NCBI GenBank assembly: GCA_014728035.1
Contig: WJMJ01000050.1
Span: 1-31,891, forward strand
Source: Promethearchaeota archaeon
Lineage (GTDB): Archaea; Asgardarchaeota; Thorarchaeia; Thorarchaeales; Thorarchaeaceae
DNA length: 31,891 nucleotides
Direction: 5' to 3'
Part shown: one piece after another, positions 17,158-26,576 of the stretch
Layout: each line of letters opens with the position of its first letter
Position numbering within the stretch: position 1 is the first letter of the stretch
The notes under the pieces: generated by a model
Database searches by the model: none
What the model saw: only the letters and a program-made list of their open reading frames with translations
Told to the model about the DNA's origin: nothing
Made by a program: the position numbers and the translations under genes

Positions 17158-17961
17158 CTAGACCCCTTCATCTGCTTCTAACATCTTTCTTTTCCTAAGA
17201 ATGAAAATCCTTCTTCCACTTTCTATTGTGTAAGGACTTGAATCAAATCCACCAAGTTCTTGTTCGACCTCAAATCCTGAAAAGTGTATCAAAAGGTCAG
17301 CTTCTCTGTTGAAAATCACTGATGCTCCAGAGGTGACCATAACTTCATTCTCTTCTATTCCCTGCTTATCAAATACTACGTATCTAAGGTCCAGACGAAG
17401 TATTTGTTTTACAAAATCAACATGAAATTCGCCCTCTCTAATTACAGTACGTCCATCCTGCATTCGAGTAGGGTTATCCTGAAACTTGGCATGCTCGTTC
17501 ATTACTGCACCCGGAAACAGGTCAAGAATGAATAGACCGTCATCTGAGAGGTGTTTGTGTATAGATTGAAGAGTTGAGAGTTGCTCTCCTGTAGTCATTG
17601 CATGCCCAAAAGAATTGGGGATAATTATCAGAGAGTATTTTCTATCCAAAGAAAAGTTCATCATATTGCCAGATACTAATTCTATTCGACTCCGCACTTC
17701 TGGAGTCAATCTGCTGACTAAATATTTTGAATGTTGAAGCATCGATGGAGAAGACTCCAAAGCAGTAACGTGGAATCCCTGCTGAGCGAGATATCTTGTA
17801 ACACGACCAGTTCCTGCTGCAATATCAAGAATTGGAGAACCACATCTCTGTGCATACTCTAAGTAGAAAGGGAGATCTGTATTATCTGAAAAAAGTTCAT
17901 AGAACTCTGCTACACCCTCGTATCCAGGGCCAATATCGTCGAAAAAATTCTCCTTACTCAT
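17158..17961 (-). CDS. Class I SAM-dependent methyltransferase
   Basis: ILDIAAGTGR motif I, LESSPSML, GNMMNF, HLSDDGLFILD. Start ATG 17961. Confidence 0.9.
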   Translation of the reverse strand: MSKENFFDDIGPGYEGVAEFYELFSDNTDLPFYLEYAQRCGSPILDIAAGTGRVTRYLAQQGFHVTALESSPSMLQHSKYLVSRLTPEVRSRIELVSGNMMNFSLDRKYSLIIIPNSFGHAMTTGEQLSTLQSIHKHLSDDGLFILDLFPGAVMNEHAKFQDNPTRMQDGRTVIREGEFHVDFVKQILRLDLRYVVFDKQGIEENEVMVTSGASVIFNREADLLIHFSGFEVEQELGGFDSSPYTIESGRRIFILRKRKMLEADEGV

Positions 17962-18023
17962 AGCCTTTTCGAGTCTAGTTTGCTCGAGGAGTATATCAAT
18001 TCTTGGTAAAACCAAGCTGAGCT

Positions 18024-19745
18024 CTATGTTGAAATAACATTCTCATATTCTCTACGATAACGATCTGGCACGGGATAGTTAGTGAATGAATGTGTATACC
18101 ACCGTTTGAATAGATCTCGAAGCTCTTCAGTCACTCGTTCATATAGTGTTGAATCAATTTCGGGACGGATTGACCAGACTCTTCCATGATGGGTCTGTTT
18201 GATTTTTCCTTTTTTGGAGAGAATAGAACCATCTTTGACTGTAAGAAATGTCTCTCCAAAGACACGGAGTATCAAGTCCGGATTCTCTGCCAAGTTGACT
18301 TTTGATGGGTAGTAGTCTAGTACGCACACATCTGCAGCAGCACCTAGACCAAGATGACCCTTGTGTTGTTCAAGACCTAAAATTTTACTTGGTGCAGCCC
18401 GAGTTGATATAGTCACCTCATAGAGACTCCATTCGCGATCCAATTCACCCAATAATGAGCGCTCAGATACAATTGGGTGCACTTTGTCTAACCACAAGTC
18501 CCGTTGCTTCTTACTCATCAACCAAGAGAGAACCAAAGGGTACTTTGTGAATGGTCCACCATTAGGATGATCAGTGGTCATTACAACTCGCCAGACATCA
18601 TCAATACTAAGTGCAAATTCCAGTGGGGTTGCCCATTGTATTGCATTTGCTGGTGATGTAGGATTGTAAGTATAGGGTACAACACCAGCACCACCCGGCA
18701 ACTCAGCATCAACGGATACGTTTGCCCACTTTTCTCCTGTCATCTTATGTAACGCAAATTGGAAGGGGCCATCTCCGGTCATGGTTGTGGCAGGTCCAAA
18801 AGTAATCTGGCCCAGATCAACAGTGAAGTGTCGATTCTTTTTGAAGTACTCTGCAAAAGTTAACCCACCTGAACTAACGTACTTCCATTCAGGTACACCA
18901 TCCTCCAACATACCAAGACAGTCAAAGGACATATGAGCTAGATGAGCAACAGACTCCCGTCCATTAAATCCCTTGATGTCGCTTATAGCATCTAAGGTCT
19001 CGATAGTGGTATGGACATTCCCTACTCTTCCAAGGTTGTTAGGATGAAGGTGAATTGTATGGGGGAGACCTAATTCTTCAACAGTCTGACACAATCCTCG
19101 AATGATATCTCTTGGGGTGATATCCCAGTCAGGAACAGGAGTGTCTATTCTTCGGATATTTCTACCATGTGCCCAAGCGTAAGTTCCACCAGGATTGACG
19201 ATCTTCACACCCCAACCGCCAGTGCTTCTCAAGAGCCAAGCAATATACCCTTTCAGGCCATCCAAATCATTCTCTTTGATATAATGAAAGGTGATCACAC
19301 TGTTGCAGAACATCGGTAGCATTGCAAGGTCTAAATTGGGGATATCTACAAGTTCTTCCCAAGCACCCAGAGCTTTCAAGGCTGGAAGTGCAGGTTCAAC
19401 AACAGTAGTGTATCCCATAATAGAATAGAGGTAGCCTGTGATATATGAGCTAGGCATAGTAAACCCTACTCCACTTCGCGTATGCTTTGATAAGAAAAAG
19501 GGATTGTTCCTATGGTCTTCTGGACACATCATCCGTCCCATACCTAATTTACTCCCGATTATATGGGCATGCATGTCAACTCCGCCCGGGAGAACTGCTC
19601 GTTTCTTCACATCTATGACTTGAGCAGATTCAGAAACTTTCTCAACAATCTTTCCCTCGGATATGCAGATATCTATGACTTCTCCATCAACACCATTGAG
19701 CGGATCATATACACACGCATTTTTCAGAATCATATCGTCTTTCAT
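18024..19745 (-). CDS. fwdA: Formylmethanofuran dehydrogenase subunit A (amidohydrolase)
   Basis: VYDPLNG, PGGVDMHAHI, MGYTTVVEP, VKIVNPGG, HLHPNNLG, TTDHPNGGPF, KGHLGLGA. Confidence 0.95.
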   Translation of the reverse strand: MKDDMILKNACVYDPLNGVDGEVIDICISEGKIVEKVSESAQVIDVKKRAVLPGGVDMHAHIIGSKLGMGRMMCPEDHRNNPFFLSKHTRSGVGFTMPSSYITGYLYSIMGYTTVVEPALPALKALGAWEELVDIPNLDLAMLPMFCNSVITFHYIKENDLDGLKGYIAWLLRSTGGWGVKIVNPGGTYAWAHGRNIRRIDTPVPDWDITPRDIIRGLCQTVEELGLPHTIHLHPNNLGRVGNVHTTIETLDAISDIKGFNGRESVAHLAHMSFDCLGMLEDGVPEWKYVSSGGLTFAEYFKKNRHFTVDLGQITFGPATTMTGDGPFQFALHKMTGEKWANVSVDAELPGGAGVVPYTYNPTSPANAIQWATPLEFALSIDDVWRVVMTTDHPNGGPFTKYPLVLSWLMSKKQRDLWLDKVHPIVSERSLLGELDREWSLYEVTISTRAAPSKILGLEQHKGHLGLGAAADVCVLDYYPSKVNLAENPDLILRVFGETFLTVKDGSILSKKGKIKQTHHGRVWSIRPEIDSTLYERVTEELRDLFKRWYTHSFTNYPVPDRYRREYENVIST

Positions 19746-21055
19746 GGTAGTACCTCCAGCAGACCATTGAATATCATTTTCAGAATATCTCGGTCAGGAA
19801 GTACACCCTCAGGAGGGGCTATCATCTTTTTCAGATACAGTGGAAGCCCATCCATTCGTACCGCAGCGCCATCACACTCAATTCCAGCAATTGCACTAGG
19901 AATATTCACTTCTGCAAGCAAAGAGGTCAGATTTCTTTTAGGATCGATATTGATAACAGGAATCTTACGCATATACTCTACAGCATCTTTTGGAAAATGA
20001 GCAGCTGGGTCAGCTCCTATGTTGAGGAGAACATCTACCTCACCCCGTGCAAGCAGGTCAACTGCAGTATATTCACCGGGCTGATATCGTGGGTAACCTC
20101 GTGAGAAATCCACTGCAAAAGGGTACCCAGTGGTCCAAGTCAGGGTCTTATTTGCTCCAGCTACGTTATAATGTCCCCTCATGGACATCATATTCCACTT
20201 GGTATAACTATTCAAATCTTGCACGAGACGAATAGCTGCGTCGACATTGTGATGTCGTCCATGTGATTGTGTGAGACCAAGACCGAAGAACAAAATACCA
20301 TACTTTGCTTTCTTCATAGTATCAGCGAGCTCTTTGATTTTTTGAATTGGAATTCCTGCAACATCAGACACATCAATCTCATGCCCTCTAACCACTGCTC
20401 GTAGAGAGGATAAAACTTCGAGGTCGCGACCCGGTTCAATCTTTATGAATTTGTCAGCAATATTTGCAGTAATGCTTTTTCGAATGTCAAAGACCCAGAT
20501 CCTACGGTCTTTCCTATAGTCTTTGATAAACTCTCCAGGAGTTCGTATGAATCTGCTTGTATGTCGAGGGTGTGCAAACTGAGGGTTAGAGCCCCAATAT
20601 ATCACCAAATCAGCTCTGTTCTTCACCTCGGATAAAGACCCAGCAGCTTCACCAGATACTTGAGTTCCAAGAATAGTAGGTCCATGACATACAGAAGAAG
20701 TATTGTCCACTACAGCTCCGAGAATCTCTGAGATCTTGTATGCTTCTCTGTGGGCGTCATTCTCAACTGAGGATAGCCCATACACAAGAGGCCGTTTTGC
20801 CTTGCTTAGAAGGTCGACGCTATGAGAGATTGCTGTTTCCAAATCAACATCTGTAAGTGATTCTCCAGTCCTTATCTGAGGTGACTCAATTCTATCTTTG
20901 AGATGATTGAGAAACTTAGATTTGCTGATTGCACACCCTTGTTCATTCTGTGCAATTACACCATCTTTCATATGGATAACAAGGTCATCACAGAGACATC
21001 CACAAAAAGGGCAAACGACATCTGAAACTATTCTAGAGCCAGGCAAAATCATCAT
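19742..21055 (-). CDS. fwdB: Formylmethanofuran dehydrogenase subunit B (W/Mo-bisPGD), Cys form
   Basis: CPFCGCLCDD, SSVCHG, EVKNRADL, HPRH, MRGHYNV, RMDG. Confidence 0.95.
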   Translation of the reverse strand: MMILPGSRIVSDVVCPFCGCLCDDLVIHMKDGVIAQNEQGCAISKSKFLNHLKDRIESPQIRTGESLTDVDLETAISHSVDLLSKAKRPLVYGLSSVENDAHREAYKISEILGAVVDNTSSVCHGPTILGTQVSGEAAGSLSEVKNRADLVIYWGSNPQFAHPRHTSRFIRTPGEFIKDYRKDRRIWVFDIRKSITANIADKFIKIEPGRDLEVLSSLRAVVRGHEIDVSDVAGIPIQKIKELADTMKKAKYGILFFGLGLTQSHGRHHNVDAAIRLVQDLNSYTKWNMMSMRGHYNVAGANKTLTWTTGYPFAVDFSRGYPRYQPGEYTAVDLLARGEVDVLLNIGADPAAHFPKDAVEYMRKIPVINIDPKRNLTSLLAEVNIPSAIAGIECDGAAVRMDGLPLYLKKMIAPPEGVLPDRDILKMIFNGLLEVLP

Positions 21056-21438
21056 CCTCTTATCAGGTCTTCCACTGAAGGAATTTCTTCTTCTTCAGCT
21101 GCAAAGACTAGAGCTTCAATATCTTTGAATCGAGGCATACCAGTCATCTCTGTGTCGGCATTCATCAACACATTAGCATAGGGCCCACTTGGAATAAACG
21201 CGATGCTGGATTCACCACGCCGACTGAGTTTGCTTCGAACTACAACAGACCCTTCTATAGTTTCAACTCGAACCGGAGTCCCTTCTTCAATGTCCAGAAC
21301 AGAGAATACAGTCTTATCCAACTCGCATATTGCAACAGCTTTGGCATACTCAGCAGAGAGTTTTCCAATCTCCATTCCAACTCCTTGTTTTAGAGTTCTA
21401 CCTGTGGTAAGGGTGACTTTCACTCCTGTTGTAGACAT
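21052..21438 (-). CDS. fwdD: Formylmethanofuran dehydrogenase subunit D
   Basis: LTTGRTLKQG, VRVETIEGSVVV, FIPSGPYAN, TGMPRFK. Start ATG 21438 (TTG 21459 possible). Confidence 0.92.
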   Translation of the reverse strand: MSTTGVKVTLTTGRTLKQGVGMEIGKLSAEYAKAVAICELDKTVFSVLDIEEGTPVRVETIEGSVVVRSKLSRRGESSIAFIPSGPYANVLMNADTEMTGMPRFKDIEALVFAAEEEEIPSVEDLIRG

Positions 21439-21565
21439 TTCAATCACTACTAGTCTCAACAGAGAATATCTTCCGAAATAGCAGTTGTGGTGGAAATGTC
21501 TGGTAGAAAAAGAGCATCTATGATTTTTCGCCCCATATTTTATATTCTTTCAAACTAGCAGCGTT

Positions 21566-24436
21566 TTGGCGAATACATTGAAAGTATATCACGGATTAAT
21601 TGCAATATGTTTTGTGTTACTCTTACTTCCAACAACAGGACAAGCTGTCGCCATTGGAGAAGATAACAATGCAAACGGACCATATCTCGATTATATTGAA
21701 TATCACGTAATCGATGAGTTTAATGATATAGATGCTCTGTTGAATGATGAAATTGATCTCATTGGTCGGATAATTGATCCTTCAGAATGGGACGCGGTTG
21801 AAAACGAGAATATTGAAACGAAAGTCACTTATAGAAATGGCTACGGCAGAATCACTTTCAACACCGAAAGATGGCCATTAAATTATAGTGCTTTACGACA
21901 AGCTTTTGCATATTCATTCAATAAATCATTGATTTGTGAGCTAGAAAACAACGAAATTACACCAATTGATTCAGTACTCCCACTCATCAATCCATTTAGT
22001 ATTGAAAACGAGTTTCCTGATACGTACTACGATGTTGATGTTGCTAGTGGAGCCGATCTTCTTGCAGATGCAGGCTTCTATGATTCAGACTTAGATGGAG
22101 ATCTTGATGCACCAAATGGAACAGCATTCCAAATTGTGTTCGAATATTATGGAGGCATTTCTGAACTAATAGCAAATGAATCAGTGGATGCATTCACCAG
22201 ACTTCAAATTAATGCCACTACAGTGAATAAAGACTTCTTTACAATAATTGATGACGTGACCAACACGGGTGATTTCGATATGACATTCCTAGGTCACCTA
22301 TTTCAAAGTTCAGATCCAAGTTGGTTAGCTAACGAGTACGGGTCTGAAACCGCTGGAGATCAAAGTCAGAATCCATCAGGTTTTGCGAATTCTACCTTTG
22401 ATTCATGGATTCCCCAACTGATTAACGGAACAACATTTGAGGCAGTCTACGAAGCAGCTGAGGCAATGCAGGAGATTCTGTGGGAGGCATGTCCAGTTAT
22501 CACTGTATATAGTAACATATTTCGATACGCTCATAGAAATGACACCTATGAGGGATTCGTAAATGATGCCTATGATGGAATAGCTTCATACTGGACTGAT
22601 ATGAAAACAAGGCAAATAACCACCGAAGCTGGACCCTTAGGTGGCACGCTTCGACGAAGTTTTCCATCAAATCACACATCTTTCAATTTCATGGCTGCAC
22701 AAGATTCGGGTTCGAAAGAAATCAACAAGATGCTTTGGGACACCCTACTTCAAGAAACACCTGAGAGGGAATTAATGCCATGGATTGCAGAGAGTTGGGA
22801 TATCAGAACGAATGAAACAGATCCAACCATAGATGATGGCCATGTTGTTTATACATTCTACTTGGTTCAAAATGCTACTTTCTCTGACGGACATCCGCTT
22901 ACAGCAGATGATGTAGCTTTCTCATTGCTCTTCTACAGGGATGATGTTTCTAATCCTAGCGGATTCAATCTGCAGGGAATGGTTGATGCTCAAGCTCTAT
23001 CAAATTATATTTTGCAGGTCGAGTTTGAAACTGAATCATTCTGGAATTTGTACCACACGGGATTGAGTCGAATTCTTCCCGAACACATAATGAACGTATA
23101 TTCTCCCAACCAGTACATGGATTGGGACCCTGATGCGGACCCAGAAAATATGGTAACATCCGGACCTTTCAAGGTCGTTGATTACCACCATGGTTTCAAC
23201 TGTACTTTGCAGCGAACACCAACTCATTGGAAGCATCTCGCACAACGCGATGACTCGGATGCACCTATCGTTGAAGATACATCTGATTTTACAATAGAAT
23301 GGGGCACACCTGCTGTCAGTATATTTTGGGATGCTACAGATGCCTATCCATATTTCTATCGTGTGTTCAAGAATAGCTCCATCGTGGAATCTGGAACATG
23401 GGATGGCTCATATATCCAATACAATATTGCTGAAACTCTGACACTGGGAGTTCATAATTTCACAATAGAATTCACAGACTACGGAGGAAGAACATCAACA
23501 GATTCCGTGTTCATCACTGTTTTGGATAACAAAGATCCAATCCTAGATGCAATCGGCACATCAGCCTACCAATTTGCGACCACAGGACATCAGCTAAACT
23601 TCACCTGTTTTGATGATCACCCAGATGCGTATGAATTCTATGCAAACAACGTACTAGTTGAATCTGGCGATTGGACGGGAGAAGACCTTGATTTCGATAT
23701 TGACGGTTATGCCATTGGTCTTTGGAACTTCACATTGCTCGTGAATGATACTAGTGGAAACACTGCTAGCGAGTCGGCCTATGTCACAGTTTACGAGTCA
23801 GCGAACCCATTGATTGAAGCACCCGATTCATACACATATCAATACGGAAGCACAGGACATTGGTTGAATTGGTCACTATATGATTTGGCACCCGACTCCT
23901 ATGAGTTCTATATCAATGATGAGCTGCAGGTTGCTGGAAATTGGAATGGACAAGACTTGAATTTCTCAGCCGATGGATACGACTTGGGAATATGGAAATT
24001 CACCCTCTTCGTGAACGATACGAGTGGAAATTCTGCTCGTGGAACCGCCTTTATCATTGTAGAAGATAGTGAAAGCCCTATCATTGTCGAACACGAATCA
24101 GTCGAATACATAGAGGGATCAACAGACAACTGGATTCGTTGGCAGGTGGATGATGTACTACCAGATAGCTACATCCTATACCGAAATGGTACTCCAATTG
24201 CTTCAGGAAGCTGGAACAGTGGCTACCTGAATGTGTCCATTGATGGTCTTAATCCAGGTGTATACAATTACAGACTTGTTGTACGAGACACAAGTGGAAA
24301 CATAGCTGAGAGCAGTGTTATTGTTACCGTCGCTCCAGCGACAACCCCACCACCTATGGTTATAATAGTAGTAGGTACCGCAATCGGCGTAATCGCCATT
24401 GTCTTTGCAGCTGTTGCTTGCAAAAGAAGACAGTAG
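21566..24436 (+). CDS. Family-5 (Opp/Dpp) ABC substrate-binding protein, circularly permuted, with tandem Ig-like repeats and a C-terminal TM anchor
   Basis: Signal peptide. ALRQAFAY, PWIAESW, YTFYL, FSDGHPLTADDVAFS, TSGPFK. Four ~87-aa beta-sandwich repeats, TM helix, KRR. Confidence 0.88.
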   Translation: MANTLKVYHGLIAICFVLLLLPTTGQAVAIGEDNNANGPYLDYIEYHVIDEFNDIDALLNDEIDLIGRIIDPSEWDAVENENIETKVTYRNGYGRITFNTERWPLNYSALRQAFAYSFNKSLICELENNEITPIDSVLPLINPFSIENEFPDTYYDVDVASGADLLADAGFYDSDLDGDLDAPNGTAFQIVFEYYGGISELIANESVDAFTRLQINATTVNKDFFTIIDDVTNTGDFDMTFLGHLFQSSDPSWLANEYGSETAGDQSQNPSGFANSTFDSWIPQLINGTTFEAVYEAAEAMQEILWEACPVITVYSNIFRYAHRNDTYEGFVNDAYDGIASYWTDMKTRQITTEAGPLGGTLRRSFPSNHTSFNFMAAQDSGSKEINKMLWDTLLQETPERELMPWIAESWDIRTNETDPTIDDGHVVYTFYLVQNATFSDGHPLTADDVAFSLLFYRDDVSNPSGFNLQGMVDAQALSNYILQVEFETESFWNLYHTGLSRILPEHIMNVYSPNQYMDWDPDADPENMVTSGPFKVVDYHHGFNCTLQRTPTHWKHLAQRDDSDAPIVEDTSDFTIEWGTPAVSIFWDATDAYPYFYRVFKNSSIVESGTWDGSYIQYNIAETLTLGVHNFTIEFTDYGGRTSTDSVFITVLDNKDPILDAIGTSAYQFATTGHQLNFTCFDDHPDAYEFYANNVLVESGDWTGEDLDFDIDGYAIGLWNFTLLVNDTSGNTASESAYVTVYESANPLIEAPDSYTYQYGSTGHWLNWSLYDLAPDSYEFYINDELQVAGNWNGQDLNFSADGYDLGIWKFTLFVNDTSGNSARGTAFIIVEDSESPIIVEHESVEYIEGSTDNWIRWQVDDVLPDSYILYRNGTPIASGSWNSGYLNVSIDGLNPGVYNYRLVVRDTSGNIAESSVIVTVAPATTPPPMVIIVVGTAIGVIAIVFAAVACKRRQ
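23249..24336 (+). repeat. Four tandem ~87-aa Ig-like repeats in the solute-binding protein
   Basis: Recurring P.I....F/Y..G.TG..L.W...D..P..Y..Y.N...V.SG.W.G....F.IDG...G.WNFTL.VND.SGN.A. Confidence 0.85.
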
Positions 24437-24445
24437 GACACAAAC

Positions 24446-24480
24446 GATGGCCTTCTTGGCCATCCCTTTTCTCTTTTTAT
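24446..24480 (+). terminator. Hairpin + T-tract
   Basis: Perfect GATGGCC-ttctt-GGCCATC followed by CCTTTTCTCTTTTTAT. Confidence 0.65.
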
Positions 24481-24624
24481 AGAAACATTCCAAGCTTTTG
24501 ATTTTTGGATCCTCTTGTTCGAATAATTAGCATCAAAGATAGACTAAAGGTTGCTTCGAAGAATTTATCAGACTCGCCTCTCGGATTCGCACAAAGCTCG
24601 AAGCCAATTAAGGCGGATATAATT

Positions 24625-25590
24625 ATGGTAAGCAAAAAGACCCTTGTTGAATTATACACAAGGACGCTCAAGGTTAGATTATTCGAGGAAAAAGTCTGGG
24701 ACCTTTTCGGTCAGAACCTAGTACCAGGAACTTTGCACTTGTATCTTGGACAGGAAGCCGTCGCTGCTGGAATCACCGCGGCGATGAAAGACTCTGACTG
24801 GGTACAGAGTACTCATAGAGGTCATGGACATGTAGTTGCTAAAGGTGCAGATCCAAAGAAAGCCCTTGCTGAACTACTTGGAAAGAAAACAGGTTCCTGC
24901 AAAGGAAAAGGTGGCTCTATGCACATCACCGAATTTGATGCTGGTGTGTTAGGAGCTACGGGAGTAGTTGCATCCGGACTACCAATAGCAGTCGGCGCAG
25001 CGCTCTCATCTCAAATGAAAGGAACCGATGATGTCGTTGCATGTTTCTTCGGAGATGGTGCCTCAAACAATGGTACATTCGGTGAGTCATTGAACATGGC
25101 AGCAATATGGAAACTACCTGTGATTTGGGTGGTAGAGAACAACTTCTACGCTATGGGTACTCCAATCAAACTCACTTGCCCCAGTGAAAACATTGCTGCT
25201 CGTGCTGATGGGTATTGTACTCCAAATGTTGTAGTTGATGGGAACAATGCACTAGAGGTTTACGAAGCTGCAGTTGAAGCAGTTAAACGTGCCAGAGCTG
25301 GAGAGGGACCAACACTCATAGAGTGCAAGACCTACCGAAAACGTGGACACTCCCGGTTTGACCCTGCAAAGTACAGACCTAAAGAGGAGGCTGAACACTG
25401 GCTTAGCCGAGACCCTGTCGATATCATCAAGAAAATTGCGATAGATGAAGGCGCACTAACAGAAACGAAAGCCGAGAAGATTCGAAAAGAACTAGAGAAA
25501 GAGATGGAAGATGCTGGAAAATTCGCAGTTGATTCCGACTATCCAGAACCAGAAAAAGCACTGGAAGATGTCTATGCGGAGGAGTTCTAA
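24625..25590 (+). CDS. pdhA: 2-oxoacid (pyruvate/acetoin-type) dehydrogenase E1 alpha
   Basis: HLYLGQEA, THRGHGH, GKGGSMH, TPP motif GDGA...ENN, TYRKRGHS. Start ATG 24625. Substrate not determinable. Confidence 0.92.
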   Translation: MVSKKTLVELYTRTLKVRLFEEKVWDLFGQNLVPGTLHLYLGQEAVAAGITAAMKDSDWVQSTHRGHGHVVAKGADPKKALAELLGKKTGSCKGKGGSMHITEFDAGVLGATGVVASGLPIAVGAALSSQMKGTDDVVACFFGDGASNNGTFGESLNMAAIWKLPVIWVVENNFYAMGTPIKLTCPSENIAARADGYCTPNVVVDGNNALEVYEAAVEAVKRARAGEGPTLIECKTYRKRGHSRFDPAKYRPKEEAEHWLSRDPVDIIKKIAIDEGALTETKAEKIRKELEKEMEDAGKFAVDSDYPEPEKALEDVYAEEF

Positions 25591-26565
25591 ATGGCAGAGA
25601 TCACATATCGAGAGGCCCTCAAGGCTGGATTACAGGAAGAGATGAAACGGGACAAGACCGTGTTCCTCATGGGCGAGGACATTGGTTTGAACTGGGGAGG
25701 TGCATTCAAAGTCACTAAGGGTCTTGCTGAAGAATTTGGCGAAGACCGAGTACGCGACACACCTATTTCTGAGAATACTATTGCAGGAACAGCAGTAGGT
25801 GCTGCAATAACCGGACTCAGACCAGTTGCAGAAATCATGTTTGGAGACCTCATCACACTTGCGATGGACCAAGTCTGTAATCAGGCTGCCAAGATGCGAT
25901 ACATGTTCGGTGGTCAGACTTCAGTCCCGCTCGTTATAAGAACTGTATTCGGTGGAGGAAAGAACATTGCTTCTCATCACTCACAGAGCCTTGAAGCATG
26001 GTTCATGCACACCCCTGGTCTCAAAATTGCAGTCCCAGCTTTTGCATATGATGTGAAAGGACTCATCAAGACTGCTATCCGAGACCCTGATCCAGTTATG
26101 TTCTTTGAGCACAAACTTGTCTACGATAAGAAAGAAGAGGTTCCTGACGATGACTACACCATCCCATTCGGAGAGGCTTCAGTAAAACGAGAAGGAGCTG
26201 ATGTAACGATTTGGGGTACGTTCCTTATGGTTCACAAGGCACTTGCGGTTGCAGAAGACTTGGCCAAGGAAGGAATCAGTGTCGAGGTCATTGACCCACG
26301 TACTCTTGTTCCACTAGACAAGAAGACATTGATCGACTCTGTGAAGAAGACTGGCAGACTGGTACTCGTTACCGAAGAAACCAAGACTGGTGCCACAACC
26401 GCAGAGATTGCTGCGATTGTTCAGGAAGAAGCCTTTGACTGGCTTGATGCTCCAATCACACGAGTCAATGCTCCCGACACCCCAGTACCCTTTGCACCTT
26501 CGTTGGAACAATACTTCATTCCTGATGAGAAGAGAATTGCTCAGGCAGTTCGAAACATTGTATAG
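25591..26565 (+). CDS. pdhB: 2-oxoacid dehydrogenase E1 beta
   Basis: MGEDIG, RVRDTPISE, RPVAEIMF, DQVCNQAAK, HSQSLEAW, EVIDPRTLVP. Confidence 0.95.
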   Translation: MAEITYREALKAGLQEEMKRDKTVFLMGEDIGLNWGGAFKVTKGLAEEFGEDRVRDTPISENTIAGTAVGAAITGLRPVAEIMFGDLITLAMDQVCNQAAKMRYMFGGQTSVPLVIRTVFGGGKNIASHHSQSLEAWFMHTPGLKIAVPAFAYDVKGLIKTAIRDPDPVMFFEHKLVYDKKEEVPDDDYTIPFGEASVKREGADVTIWGTFLMVHKALAVAEDLAKEGISVEVIDPRTLVPLDKKTLIDSVKKTGRLVLVTEETKTGATTAEIAAIVQEEAFDWLDAPITRVNAPDTPVPFAPSLEQYFIPDEKRIAQAVRNIV

Positions 26566-26576
26566 GAGGCCACAAA

